From contig UQBS01000005.1 in the NCBI GenBank assembly GCA_900539345.1, positions 610 to 64,609 on the forward strand: a DNA stretch of 64,000 nt. Reading direction: 5' to 3'. The notes below the pieces were generated by a model that had not been told where the DNA came from, ran no database searches, and saw nothing but the letters and a program-made list of their open reading frames with translations. The translations under genes and the position numbers were made by a program. Positions within the stretch are counted from its first letter, which is position 1, and every line of letters starts with the position of its first letter. Shown here in pieces: positions 16,615-25,552 of the stretch. The DNA comes from an uncultured Coriobacteriaceae bacterium. Its GTDB lineage: Bacteria; Actinomycetota; Coriobacteriia; Coriobacteriales; UMGS124.

Positions 16615-17487
16615 ATGTTGTTGTACCACATACCGCTGGGGCCAAGCATGGCTGCAGATGCCCTCCATGCCTGCCTTGCCGGTGTCGCGGCGCTTGTGTG
16701 TCTGGCACTTTGGGCGGGGCAAGAAGCAATGAGCGAAGACACGTCGGGCGCACGCGACACTCAAATGGGCAGGACGCACGAGGTCGAAAGCGCGTATATG
16801 AGAAAAGCCTGCGCCAGGAGCATCAATGCCGATGGGGCCGAAAGCGCGCACACGGAAGCAGGTGCCGAACATCCAAGGCCGCTTCGCAGCCTTCCCGCAG
16901 GCCTGGTTGCATTGCTGTGCCTTGTGGGGGCGCTCGTCAGCGTTGCCGTGCCGCTGGCAACAAGCAGCATGGCGGATGCCGGGGCACAAACCGTGCCCGC
17001 GTCCCCACGGGATTCCTTTGCACTGTTTGCAGTGCTGGCCATATCGTGCTTGGGAACCGCGGCGTGGGAAGAGATTGCCTTCCGCCGGCTTGCGATGGAG
17101 GCAGTCGCCGGCGCACTCGAGGAGGGCCGCACCCGCAGGCTCATAGCGGCATGTGTGTGCTCGGCTGTGTTTGCAATGCTGCACCTGCCCGAGATGGGCG
17201 CGGCACTGCCCACAGCCTTGCGTGCCATGCAGGTGTTTCTTTTCGCGCTTGCCATGGCGGGACTCGTGGAAGAAAGCGGCCACCTGGCCCCGGCCATTGC
17301 AGCACATGCGCTTTACGACGTTATATGCTTTGCGCCCACCGCGCTCGGCACCCTTGGCAGCGCCTGGGAGATACCGGCATCTTCCCTTATGGCCCTAGAA
17401 ACAAGCGCGTCGGGAATGTTGGCGAGCCTTCTGTTTTTGGCACCAGCGGCGGCACTGGGAGTGCGCAGGCTTCTTGCGGCACACTAG
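16615..17487 (+). CDS. CPBP-family (CAAX/Abi) intramembrane metalloprotease
   Basis: Motifs AAWEEIAFRRL, FAMLHLP and AAHALYDV, plus several TM helices. Start is uncertain (ATG 16615 or 16648). The 16306 start in the track would overlap TraX by about 200 nt. Confidence 0.6.
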   Translation: MLLYHIPLGPSMAADALHACLAGVAALVCLALWAGQEAMSEDTSGARDTQMGRTHEVESAYMRKACARSINADGAESAHTEAGAEHPRPLRSLPAGLVALLCLVGALVSVAVPLATSSMADAGAQTVPASPRDSFALFAVLAISCLGTAAWEEIAFRRLAMEAVAGALEEGRTRRLIAACVCSAVFAMLHLPEMGAALPTALRAMQVFLFALAMAGLVEESGHLAPAIAAHALYDVICFAPTALGTLGSAWEIPASSLMALETSASGMLASLLFLAPAAALGVRRLLAAH

Positions 17488-18350
17488 GCCAGCGTCGTGC
17501 TGGCGCACGCCCACCAACCATGCTCGCGCGCCTGAACCGAAAGACGCTCGGCCACAGCAAGGTCACCCACGAAGGCGCACACGCATGAGCCGCTGCCGCA
17601 CAAAAGAGGGCCCGCCTGGCAAGCGCCGCTGTCTTGCAGGAAAGCAAAGACCTCCGCGATCGCAGGGGCGAGCTGCAGGGCGGCAGGCTCCATGTTGTTG
17701 GCGACTGCGGCGAGGGCGCCCGGCACATCGCAGGCACGCAGGGCCTCGAGCATCGGCTCCACCCGAGGAGCGGGCGTCGCCATCTCGTCGAGCAGGCGAT
17801 AGCAGGCGCCGGTAGAGACGCCCTGGTCGGGCTTCACAAGCACGATGGGCACGCTGAAAGGCGCAAATGTCTCACGCAGCACGTCTCCCCTACCGTCGAG
17901 ATACGACGGCACCTCATGCAGGAAAAACGCCACGTCGGCGCCGAGGGACTGGGCCAGGCGCACCACACGCTCGTCTTCGAGGTCGATCTGCCACATGCGG
18001 GCAAGGCCGCGCATCACCGCGGCCGCATCAGAAGAGCCTCCGCCCAGACCCGCCTGCGACGGGACACGCTTGCGCAGCGCCACGCTCATGTCGAGCGGCT
18101 TTTCAAATGCCTCGGCCATGCCAACAGCGGCACGATATGCAAGGTTCGTCGCAGGGTCGGCACCCGCTGGCAAAGGATCGGGCTCGCATGAAAAAACGAG
18201 GCCCTCCCCTGCTGCAAGCTCGCAGAGTTCGACCTCGTCATGGAGTTCGAGCGCACACATGACCGTGCGCACCTCGTGGTAGGCACCCTCGCATACCCCG
18301 AGCGTTACCGAGAGAACCAGGTTGACCTTGGCATGGGCGCGTTCTTGCAC
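17484..18350 (-). CDS. ispE: 4-diphosphocytidyl-2-C-methyl-D-erythritol kinase
   Basis: AHAKVNLVLSV..., GHMP-kinase motif KRVPSQAGLGGGSSDAAAV. GTG 18350 sits 7 nt after GGAGG. The stop shares a CTAG with the convergent CPBP gene. Confidence 0.9.
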   Translation of the reverse strand: MQERAHAKVNLVLSVTLGVCEGAYHEVRTVMCALELHDEVELCELAAGEGLVFSCEPDPLPAGADPATNLAYRAAVGMAEAFEKPLDMSVALRKRVPSQAGLGGGSSDAAAVMRGLARMWQIDLEDERVVRLAQSLGADVAFFLHEVPSYLDGRGDVLRETFAPFSVPIVLVKPDQGVSTGACYRLLDEMATPAPRVEPMLEALRACDVPGALAAVANNMEPAALQLAPAIAEVFAFLQDSGACQAGPLLCGSGSCVCAFVGDLAVAERLSVQAREHGWWACASTTLA

Positions 18351-18459
18351 GGCGTGGCCTCCTCTATAAAGAAACGCTGCCGCCGGGCGCTCAAAGCCAT
18401 TCGCACCGGATGTGCCAAGGCCCGTGTGAGGCACGGCTGCAGCGTTTGTGCAAACGGTA

Positions 18460-18756
18460 TTACTGCTGGTCTTCGACGGGCTCAAAGATGAGCTCGCCAG
18501 ATGCCGGGTCAGAAAGCTCCACGGCGCCGGTCAGCACGTCGACGTACTGGTAGGACTGACGGGCGCGACGGCCGCGGCGCTCCTCCACCTCGACGATAAA
18601 GAGAGAGTCGTGGGTCTGCAGCAGCACGCCGTCACGCTCGACGACGCGCGAGCGGCCCATGTTGGCGCGCACCTTGAAGTGCGAGCCGGTCATATGAGAA
18701 AGCTTGTCGTGGATTTCCGCGATTTTGTTTGCGTGCTCTTCGAGTTCCATGTGCAT
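18460..18756 (-). CDS. veg: Veg-family small protein
   Basis: ...IAEIHDKLSHMTGSHFKVRANMGRSRVVERDGVLLQTHDSLFIVEVEE...QSYQYVDVLTGAVEL matches the Veg pattern. It sits between rsmA and ispE as in Bacillus. Start is ATG 18756 or 18750. Confidence 0.8.
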   Translation of the reverse strand: MHMELEEHANKIAEIHDKLSHMTGSHFKVRANMGRSRVVERDGVLLQTHDSLFIVEVEERRGRRARQSYQYVDVLTGAVELSDPASGELIFEPVEDQQ

Positions 18757-18903
18757 AACCTTCCGGGGGGCGCGCAATGAGCGCACTCCCAGTGCTATCA
18801 GGGTGTTTTGGGGACGTGGATAGTACCAGCCACAGGCGCAGATAATATGGATTCATCGGAATACTACGCACTGCAAGCCCATATGGGGCTATATACGCAC
18901 CTT

Positions 18904-19914
18904 TTAAATCATGTCCGGATCGAAGACGGCGCGCTTTTTCTTGGGCTTGGCACACTTCTTGGCCGTAACAGGCGCCGAAGACTCGGTAGGGCGATAACGC
19001 TCGGGCACAGCGCCGTCGCGAAGTGTCAGTGCAAGACCGATGAACTGGTCTTTTGTGAGCGACTCGGCACGGCAGCCGCCGTCGATGGCCATAAGGTCGA
19101 ACGCGGCATCAAGCTGGGCGCGCTCCCACTTCTCACATGCCGCCATGGAGTTGCGCAGGGTCTTGCGGCGCTGGGCGAAAGCCGCGTCGACGACCTCGAT
19201 GGTCGCCGCGGCATCTTCTGCGCTCAGGGCATCGCAGGCAGGCACGCGCTGCAGGCGCACCACGGCGCTCTCCACATGAGGTTCGGGAAAGAAGCTGCGC
19301 GCAGGAACCTGGAAGCGCCCAACGACCTGGGCGAACAGCTGGAGCTTCACCGTATAGGCGCCATAAATCTTGGACGAGGGGAGTGCGCAGATACGGTCGG
19401 CCACCTCGCTTTGCACCATGACCGTGGCGTCCTGGATAAACGGCCACTCCTGGAAATACTGCAGGATGAGCGTGGCTGCCACCGCATAGGGAAGGTTTGC
19501 GACCCAAGCGCTCGGATAGTCGGGCAAATCGGCGAGGGCGGCGTTCTTGGCACGCAGACCGGCGAGCGCCTCGGAAATCTGGGCGGGCGCGACCTTCGTG
19601 GCGTCGCCCATCACAAGGGCGAAGCGCTCGGAATACTCGGCCGTCACCTCGCCCAATGGACCCTGCATGTCGGCATCGGCCTCGATGGCGACCACGGCGG
19701 CGGCACGAGGCAGAAGCGCGCAGGTGAGCGTGCCGCAGCCAGGACCGACCTCGAGCACCGTCTGCGTGGGCGCAACGTCGGCAAGCTCGAGGATGTGGGC
19801 GACGACGGTATCGTCTACCAGGAAGTTCTGTCCCAGCTCATACTTCGCCTCAAGCCCGAAGGCGTCAAGCATGGAGCGGATCGCGCTGCGGTTTGCCATT
19901 TTGGACACAGCCAT
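18904..19914 (-). CDS. rsmA: 16S rRNA (adenine1518/1519-N6)-dimethyltransferase
   Basis: YELGQNFLVD, VLEVGPGCGTLT, NLPY. Has a Lys-rich C-terminal tail of about 40 aa. Confidence 0.9.
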   Translation of the reverse strand: MAVSKMANRSAIRSMLDAFGLEAKYELGQNFLVDDTVVAHILELADVAPTQTVLEVGPGCGTLTCALLPRAAAVVAIEADADMQGPLGEVTAEYSERFALVMGDATKVAPAQISEALAGLRAKNAALADLPDYPSAWVANLPYAVAATLILQYFQEWPFIQDATVMVQSEVADRICALPSSKIYGAYTVKLQLFAQVVGRFQVPARSFFPEPHVESAVVRLQRVPACDALSAEDAAATIEVVDAAFAQRRKTLRNSMAACEKWERAQLDAAFDLMAIDGGCRAESLTKDQFIGLALTLRDGAVPERYRPTESSAPVTAKKCAKPKKKRAVFDPDMI

Positions 19915-19947
19915 CGGGTTGTCCCCCTGTCGGAATCGTCGGTGGTA

Positions 19948-20592
19948 CTAGCGTAGGTCGCGTGCAGCCTGGGCGGCATGCACAAGGTCGCTTGCCCAGG
20001 CAGATACGTTGGAAAGCAGCGCCGCGTCGAAGTTGGGCCCATAGGCGCAGCCAGGTCTCGGGGCCTGCCCAAAGCCCACGAGGTCATGCGTGGCATACAA
20101 CTCGAAGTCAGCCATGCGAAGCGAGGATCGGGAGCAACTTACAAGCGCATCGTAGCCGAAGGGGTCGCCTCCCGCACCCACCACAAAGAGGTCGAGCGGG
20201 CGTCGGCACTCCAGGGGACGCACGGGGCGCTGCCCCAACAGGTAGCGTTGGCACCACAGGGGCTGCATGCGGTCGAGCACGGCTTTGAGCTGCGAAGGCG
20301 GCCCCGAGAAGTACACGGGAGCCACCAAGGCAAGCGCATCTGCCGCTTGCAGGCGCTTGATCAGGCACGCAAAGCCAGGGCGACCCCCGGCCCCCTCGCG
20401 CGCATCGAGCACGCAGGCGCCGGTGCGCTCGCACGCACCGCAGCCCACGCAACCCCGCACTTCGTAATCAGAGAGGAACAACGGTTCAGACACCGCACCG
20501 GCCGCAGGCAGGACGCGTTCGAGCTCGGCGGCAAAGCGGGCGCATGCACCGTGGCTACGCGGGCTGCCCACAAGCACGGCGACGCGGAGCAT
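19948..20592 (-). CDS. flavodoxin-like iron-sulfur flavoprotein / NAD(P)H-dependent FMN reductase family
   Basis: MLRVAVLVGSPRSHGACARF..., CVGCGACERTGAC Cys cluster, ADALALVAPVYFSGPPSQLK. ATG 20592 chosen. Confidence 0.7.
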   Translation of the reverse strand: MLRVAVLVGSPRSHGACARFAAELERVLPAAGAVSEPLFLSDYEVRGCVGCGACERTGACVLDAREGAGGRPGFACLIKRLQAADALALVAPVYFSGPPSQLKAVLDRMQPLWCQRYLLGQRPVRPLECRRPLDLFVVGAGGDPFGYDALVSCSRSSLRMADFELYATHDLVGFGQAPRPGCAYGPNFDAALLSNVSAWASDLVHAAQAARDLR

Positions 20593-20623
20593 GTCTGCGC
20601 CCTCGCTACGCACGGCCCCTCCC

Positions 20624-21613
20624 CTACCCTCGTGCGCCCGCAAGCGGCGCGGGGCGATCGAAGATGCGCCGCGCGAGCTCGTAGGCATCGCGATACGTGT
20701 CAGCGGGTTCGTCGCCGCAGCGCTCACGGCGAAGGTCCGCCACAAACTCAGCGGTGCGAGCGATATAGGCAGGCTCGCACTGTGTGCCGCGCAAGGGCTC
20801 GGGCGCCATGTAGGGCGCGTCGGTCTCAAGGACAAGCTGACCGCGACCAAGAGCAGCCACGGCATCACGCGTGGGTTCGTTTCGCTTGAAGCTCACGGCG
20901 CCACCGATGCCGAGCACGCAGCCCATCTCGAGGAACGGGGCGGCGTCTTCGGGCCCGAGGTCGAAGCAGTGCAGAACAGCCCCGCCCTCACGAGGCAGGC
21001 CGACCTCGGCCATGATCTGCGCGGCCTCGTCGTGAGCCTCGCGCACATGCAACGAAAGCGATGCGTTCAGGCTGCACGCCAGCTTGAGCTGCTCTCGGAA
21101 CACCTCGCGCTGCACCTCGCGCGGCGAGAGGTCGTAGTGGTAGTCCAGGCCGATCTCGCCCACGCCGCAGCAGATGGGTTCGGCCAGAAGGCGCTGCATG
21201 GCCGCATGTGCCTGGGCATCGAAGCCCTTGGCATTGTGCGGATGGCACCCCACCAGAAGACGCACCTCGGGCATCACCGGGGGCTCCCCAAGCGCGTCGA
21301 GCACGCCGGCACTACGCCATGCTTCGAGAATCTCAGCGCACTCGCGCTGCCAGCGGTCAAGATCTGCAAGCACCGCCTGGGGGTCGCGCGCGTCATCGGC
21401 AGAATCGACGACCGTCACCAAAAAGCGCACGCCGGCCACGGCCGCACGCGCAAGGGCGAGCGCGGCATCTATGTGCCTCAGGCTCGTGAGGTGCGTGTGA
21501 CTCTCGGCTATGGGGCCCGATGCCGCGGGAAGCGCGAGCGGCGCCTGCTTCTTCGTGCAGAAGAAGCAGGCGTGCTCGGCATGGGTGGGCGATAAGAGCT
21601 CGGGATTTAGCAC
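20624..21613 (-). CDS. tatD: TatD-family metal-dependent hydrolase/DNase
   Basis: ESHTHL (metal-binding His pair), GEIGLDYHY, LSLHVREAHDE, VLHCF, LETDAPYM. The start is uncertain. GTG 21613 overlaps the metG stop by 7 nt, and no ATG is available upstream of the first His motif. Confidence 0.8.
   Translation of the reverse strand: MLNPELLSPTHAEHACFFCTKKQAPLALPAASGPIAESHTHLTSLRHIDAALALARAAVAGVRFLVTVVDSADDARDPQAVLADLDRWQRECAEILEAWRSAGVLDALGEPPVMPEVRLLVGCHPHNAKGFDAQAHAAMQRLLAEPICCGVGEIGLDYHYDLSPREVQREVFREQLKLACSLNASLSLHVREAHDEAAQIMAEVGLPREGGAVLHCFDLGPEDAAPFLEMGCVLGIGGAVSFKRNEPTRDAVAALGRGQLVLETDAPYMAPEPLRGTQCEPAYIARTAEFVADLRRERCGDEPADTYRDAYELARRIFDRPAPLAGARG
21543..21571. other. perfect 12-bp stem-loop just downstream of the metG stop, inside the putative tatD 5' region
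   Basis: GCCTGCTTCTTC-gtgca-GAAGAAGCAGGC read directly. No U-tract on either strand. Confidence 0.6.
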
Positions 21614-23256
21614 GGCAGGTTGGCCATGTCGAGGCGCGGGAAGAGGGCGTCGCCCTTCTCCACAGGCTGGCCGCCCTCGAACTGACCCCAAGCGCAGGCG
21701 GCCTCAAGGTCGCAGCAGGGCTCGCAGGGCAGACCGATACGGCGCATGACCTCGGCCGACGTTGCCGGCGTGAAGGGCTCGAGCAGCGTGGCGGCGATGC
21801 GGATGGCCTCGATGAGACCCCAGATGACGAAAGCCAGCTCCTCGGCGTTGGCCGGGTCCTTGGCGAGCGCCCAGGGGGCCTTGTCCTCGATGTAGTGGTT
21901 GGCGACGGCCACGAACTCCATGACGTCCTTCGCGGCGCCCTGGTAGTCGAAGGCGGCCATCTTCTGCGCATAGCGGCCGTAGATGCCCTGGGCGGCCTCG
22001 AGCAGCGGGCTCGTGCGCTGCTCCCAGCCCTCGCCACGGGCGGGGCTTGCGCCCTCGAAGTACTTGGCGCTCATGTTGAGCGAGCGACTCACGAGGTTGC
22101 CCCAGCTGTTGGCCAGGTCGGCGTTGTAGACCTGCGCCATGCGCTCGAAGCTGATGGCACCGTCCATGCCGTGCGACACGTCGGTCATGAAGTAGTAGCG
22201 GTAGCCCTCAACGCCGAGGAAGTCGATGACCTGCTGGGGGAAGATGGAGTTGCCGCGGCTCTTCGACATCTTCTCGCCCTTGCCCGTCTCGGGGTTCTTG
22301 ACGAGCAGGAAGCCATGCGCCAGCACGTGCTCGGTCACAGGCAGACCGGCGGCCATGAGCATCGCGGGCCAGATCACGCAGTGGAAGCGGATGATGTCCT
22401 TGCCCACAATGTGCTGCTGAGCAGGCCAGAAGCGCGCAAAGCGCTCGGCGGCCTCGGGGTCGCCATAACCGGCGGCCGTGATGTAGTTGATGAGGGCGTC
22501 GAACCACACATAGGTCACGTGGTCGGGATCGAAGGGCAGCGGGATGCCCCAGTCGAACGTGGTGCGCGTGACGGAGAGATCCTTGAGGCCGCCCTCGACG
22601 AAGCTCACGACCTCGTTGCGGCGAATCTCAGGCTCGATGAAGTCGGGATGGGCGGCATAGAAGTCCAGCAGCGGCTGCTGGAACTCGGAAAGCTTGAAGA
22701 ACCAGCTCTCCTCCTGGATGCGCTCGAGCGGACGCTTGCAGTCGGGGCACAGCGGGATGGCGGTCTCGTCGTAGTTGCCGTCCTCGTCGGTGTTGGCGTG
22801 GCGCACGTCGGTCTCGGTGAAGTAGGTCTCCTCAGGCACGCAGTACCAGCCCTCGTAGGTACCCTTGTAGATGTAGCCCTTCTCCTTGAGGTCCTCCCAG
22901 AAGTGCTGCACCGCCTTGATGTGGCGCTCCTGGGTGGTGCGGATGAAGTCGTCGTTGGTGATCTCGAGCGTGCGCCAAAGCTCCTGGAAGGCAGGGGCCT
23001 GGGAGTCGCACCACTGCTGGGGCGTCATGTCGTGGGCAGCGGCCGAGTCGGCGACCTTCTGGCCGTGCTCGTCGACGCCGGTGAGGAACAGCGTGTCATA
23101 GCCGTCCATGCGACGGAAACGCGCCTGAACATCGGCCACGATGGTGGAGTAGGCCGTGCCCAGGTGCGGGGCGGCGTTCACATAGTAGATGGGCGTGGTG
23201 ATGAAGTACGTGCCCTTATCTTGGGGCTTGTGGTCGGCGCAGCCGCAATCGCACAT
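21607..23256 (-). CDS. metG: methionine--tRNA ligase (short form, no C-terminal tRNA-binding domain)
   Basis: FITTPIYYVNAAPHLGTAYS (HIGH region), Zn knuckle CPDCKRP, KMSKSRGN (KMSKS). Ends soon after the anticodon-binding domain. Confidence 0.95.
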   Translation of the reverse strand: MCDCGCADHKPQDKGTYFITTPIYYVNAAPHLGTAYSTIVADVQARFRRMDGYDTLFLTGVDEHGQKVADSAAAHDMTPQQWCDSQAPAFQELWRTLEITNDDFIRTTQERHIKAVQHFWEDLKEKGYIYKGTYEGWYCVPEETYFTETDVRHANTDEDGNYDETAIPLCPDCKRPLERIQEESWFFKLSEFQQPLLDFYAAHPDFIEPEIRRNEVVSFVEGGLKDLSVTRTTFDWGIPLPFDPDHVTYVWFDALINYITAAGYGDPEAAERFARFWPAQQHIVGKDIIRFHCVIWPAMLMAAGLPVTEHVLAHGFLLVKNPETGKGEKMSKSRGNSIFPQQVIDFLGVEGYRYYFMTDVSHGMDGAISFERMAQVYNADLANSWGNLVSRSLNMSAKYFEGASPARGEGWEQRTSPLLEAAQGIYGRYAQKMAAFDYQGAAKDVMEFVAVANHYIEDKAPWALAKDPANAEELAFVIWGLIEAIRIAATLLEPFTPATSAEVMRRIGLPCEPCCDLEAACAWGQFEGGQPVEKGDALFPRLDMANLPC

Positions 23257-23316
23257 GGTGGGTAGCCTTTCGACGCATTGCACCGGGACGCTCCCGGCGC
23301 TTTCTAGACAGATGGG

Positions 23317-23345
23317 ATAATCGTATCATCTGCGCTTCCTTGCAA
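23317..23345 (-). promoter_or_regulatory. candidate metG promoter (TTGCAA-N17-GATTAT)
   Basis: Hexamers read on the minus strand, downstream of the ech terminator and about 60 nt upstream of the metG ATG. Only 4/6 match in the -10 box. Confidence 0.35.
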
Positions 23346-23390
23346 AGCGCTTGGCACACAGGGTCACATACAAGTTGCGCCGCCGACAAG

Positions 23391-23433
23391 CAAAAAGAAA
23401 GGGCCGGCTTCGGACGCAATCCGTTGCCAGCCC
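23391..23433 (-). terminator. rho-independent terminator after the ech operon
   Basis: Minus strand: GGGCTGGC-N17-GCCGGCCC (one G-U pair) followed by TTTCTTTTTG. Confidence 0.7.
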
Positions 23434-23554
23434 ATTGAGATGCGATTGTTGGCGAGTGAGCGAACCCACCCGGACCCGTGACGCAATGCAGCCACGGACA
23501 AACCCTCGCCCACCTCGACCTGCGGTGCGGGCAGCCCTACGCGGCCGTCCTGCC

Positions 23555-24028
23555 CTACTCCTGCGCGGCTGCCTCTGCCGCGGCCTTCGCCTCGGCCTCG
23601 GCCTTCTTCTTGGCTGCCATCTCGGCCTTGAGCTTGGCTGCCTTGGCGGCCTTCTCAGCTGCAGCCTGCTCGCGGCGCTGGCGCTCCTGAGGGCTCACCT
23701 CGTAGACCTCCACCACGCGCTCCTGGGCGGGGTCGGTGTAGTGGTTGAGCATGCTGAGGGCGCCCTCATGGCACGCCTCGATGCAGCTGCGGCACTGGAT
23801 GCAGCGAAAGCGGTCAATCGACCAGGTCAGCGCCTTGCGATCGACATCAAGCGCCTGGGTGGGGCACACGCTTGCGCACAGGCCGCAATACCTGCACGAA
23901 TCGGGCTCGAGATGCACACGCCCCTTCGTCTGCTCGAAAAAATGTGGCTTCTCCAGGGGATAGAGCCTCGTTGCGGGCTTGGAGAAAAGGCTCTTGAGGG
24001 TCATGCGCCCGAGCTTGAATTCTGCCAT
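23555..24028 (-). CDS. echF: Ech-type hydrogenase 2x[4Fe-4S] ferredoxin subunit (NuoI/HycF-like)
   Basis: CRYCGLCASVCP and CIQCRSCIEAC motifs. Has an unusual Lys/Ala/Glu-rich C-terminal tail of about 45 aa. Confidence 0.85.
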   Translation of the reverse strand: MAEFKLGRMTLKSLFSKPATRLYPLEKPHFFEQTKGRVHLEPDSCRYCGLCASVCPTQALDVDRKALTWSIDRFRCIQCRSCIEACHEGALSMLNHYTDPAQERVVEVYEVSPQERQRREQAAAEKAAKAAKLKAEMAAKKKAEAEAKAAAEAAAQE

Positions 24029-24043
24029 GATGTGTTACCTCCC

Positions 24044-25132
24044 TTAGCGCTCGGCGCAGCTGATGCACGGGTCGATGGTCAGGATGATGTTGGGGACGTC
24101 GGCCAGGTCGCAACCGGCAAGCGCGCCCGCCATGCCGGGGATGTTCGCCGATGTGGGAGTGCGCACACGGAAACGGTCGAGGAACTTGGTGCCGTTGCCG
24201 CGCACGTAGTAGAACGCCTCGCCGCGGGGCTGCTCAACGCGCATGAAGGCCGAGGAGCCCTCCTCGGGGTTACCCTTCACGTCGACGCGCACCTCGCCGG
24301 CCGGGATGCGGCCCACCATCTCGTTGATGATGTCGATGGACTGGCGCACCTCCTCGATGCGCACCTTGCAGCGGGCGTAGCAGTCACCCTCGGTAGACAC
24401 CACGGGGCGGAAATCATACAGCTTGGAGTAGGCGTCGATGCCCGCCATGCGCACGTCCATCTCAATGCCACTTGCACGACCAAACGGGCCCACGCAGCCG
24501 TAGTTGATGGCATCCTGCTTCGAAAGGTAGCCCACGCCCACCAGGCGGTTCTTCACCGAGTCGTCCATGAGGAACGTGTTGGCAATCTGGTCATACTCCT
24601 CAAGCAGGCTTGCAAGGACGCCGCAGATGGCGTTGAGCTCGGTGTTCTCGATGTCCTTGAAGACACCGCCGGGGGTGCAGACCGACAGGATCACGCGGCC
24701 GCCGGCCGTCTTCTCAAAGATGTCGAGCACGTGCTCGCGCAGGCGCCAGGTGTGCATGAAGAGGCTCTCGAAGCCCATGGCGTCGGCCGCAAGGCCCAGC
24801 CACAGAAGATGTGAATGAATACGCGACAGCTCATGCCAGATAACGCGCAGGTACTGGCCGCGCTCGGGCACCTCGATGCCCATGAGGCGCTCGACTGCCT
24901 GGCTGTAGCCCATGGAGTGACCGAAGCTGCAGATGCCGCAGATGCGCTCGGCCACGTGCACAAAGTGCTTGTAGTCACGCTTCTCAACGAGCTTCTCGAG
25001 GCCGCGGTGCACGAAGCCGATCTGGGGGACGGCCTCCACCACACGCTCGTCCTCGAGCACGAGGTCGAGGTGCACGGGCTCGGGCAGCACGGGGTGCTGG
25101 GGGCCGAAGGGCATGACGGTCCTGGTTGCCAT
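24044..25132 (-). CDS. echE: Ech-type [NiFe] hydrogenase large subunit (NuoD/HycE-like)
   Basis: N-terminal Ni-binding RICGICSFGHS and C-terminal DPCISCAER at the very end of the protein. 362 aa is typical of group 4 enzymes. Confidence 0.9.
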   Translation of the reverse strand: MATRTVMPFGPQHPVLPEPVHLDLVLEDERVVEAVPQIGFVHRGLEKLVEKRDYKHFVHVAERICGICSFGHSMGYSQAVERLMGIEVPERGQYLRVIWHELSRIHSHLLWLGLAADAMGFESLFMHTWRLREHVLDIFEKTAGGRVILSVCTPGGVFKDIENTELNAICGVLASLLEEYDQIANTFLMDDSVKNRLVGVGYLSKQDAINYGCVGPFGRASGIEMDVRMAGIDAYSKLYDFRPVVSTEGDCYARCKVRIEEVRQSIDIINEMVGRIPAGEVRVDVKGNPEEGSSAFMRVEQPRGEAFYYVRGNGTKFLDRFRVRTPTSANIPGMAGALAGCDLADVPNIILTIDPCISCAER

Positions 25133-25144
25133 AGCTCAGGCCTC

Positions 25145-25549
25145 CTATTCCGCCGCCGCAGCGGGCTTGGCGGCTGCGACAGGCTTGGCCTTGCCTTGCG
25201 GGGCCTGGGCCATGGGTGCGGGAATGTGCAGGTGATAGAAGCCTCCGCGGTAGTCGAGGTTCATGTCGACCACGGTGAGGCCGTAGAGGTCGTGCATCTC
25301 GTTCTCAAACATGAACGCCACGGGGTAGATGCCGCCCACGCTGGGAATCTCGTCGGAAGAGCTTACGCAGACGCGCAAGTTGGCCACCTCGTTGGTCGCA
25401 TCGTCCACGAAGGAATAGAGCAGCTCGAAGGCGTCGTCGCCGTTGCGCGAGGCGCAGCACTGAGCGAAACGCCAGCCCTTGGCCTTGTACGCCTGGGCAG
25501 CGCCGACGAGCTCGCCCAGGGTCGTCTCGATGAAATCTACCTGTGCCAT
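25145..25549 (-). CDS. echD: Ech-type hydrogenase NuoC-like subunit
   Basis: 134 aa. ...PVAFMFENEMHDLYGLTV resembles the NuoC/HycE-N signature. Position between the small and large subunits. Confidence 0.8.
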   Translation of the reverse strand: MAQVDFIETTLGELVGAAQAYKAKGWRFAQCCASRNGDDAFELLYSFVDDATNEVANLRVCVSSSDEIPSVGGIYPVAFMFENEMHDLYGLTVVDMNLDYRGGFYHLHIPAPMAQAPQGKAKPVAAAKPAAAAE

Positions 25550-25552
25550 GCC

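Noticed and set aside
23257-23390. T-box or other leader riboswitch upstream of metG.
   Set aside because: The leader between the ech terminator and the metG ATG is only about 130 nt. It lacks the conserved T-box sequence (…GGTGGTACCGCG-like) and has no specifier-loop or terminator-antiterminator arrangement. Only a small CCGGGA/TCCCGG hairpin is visible.
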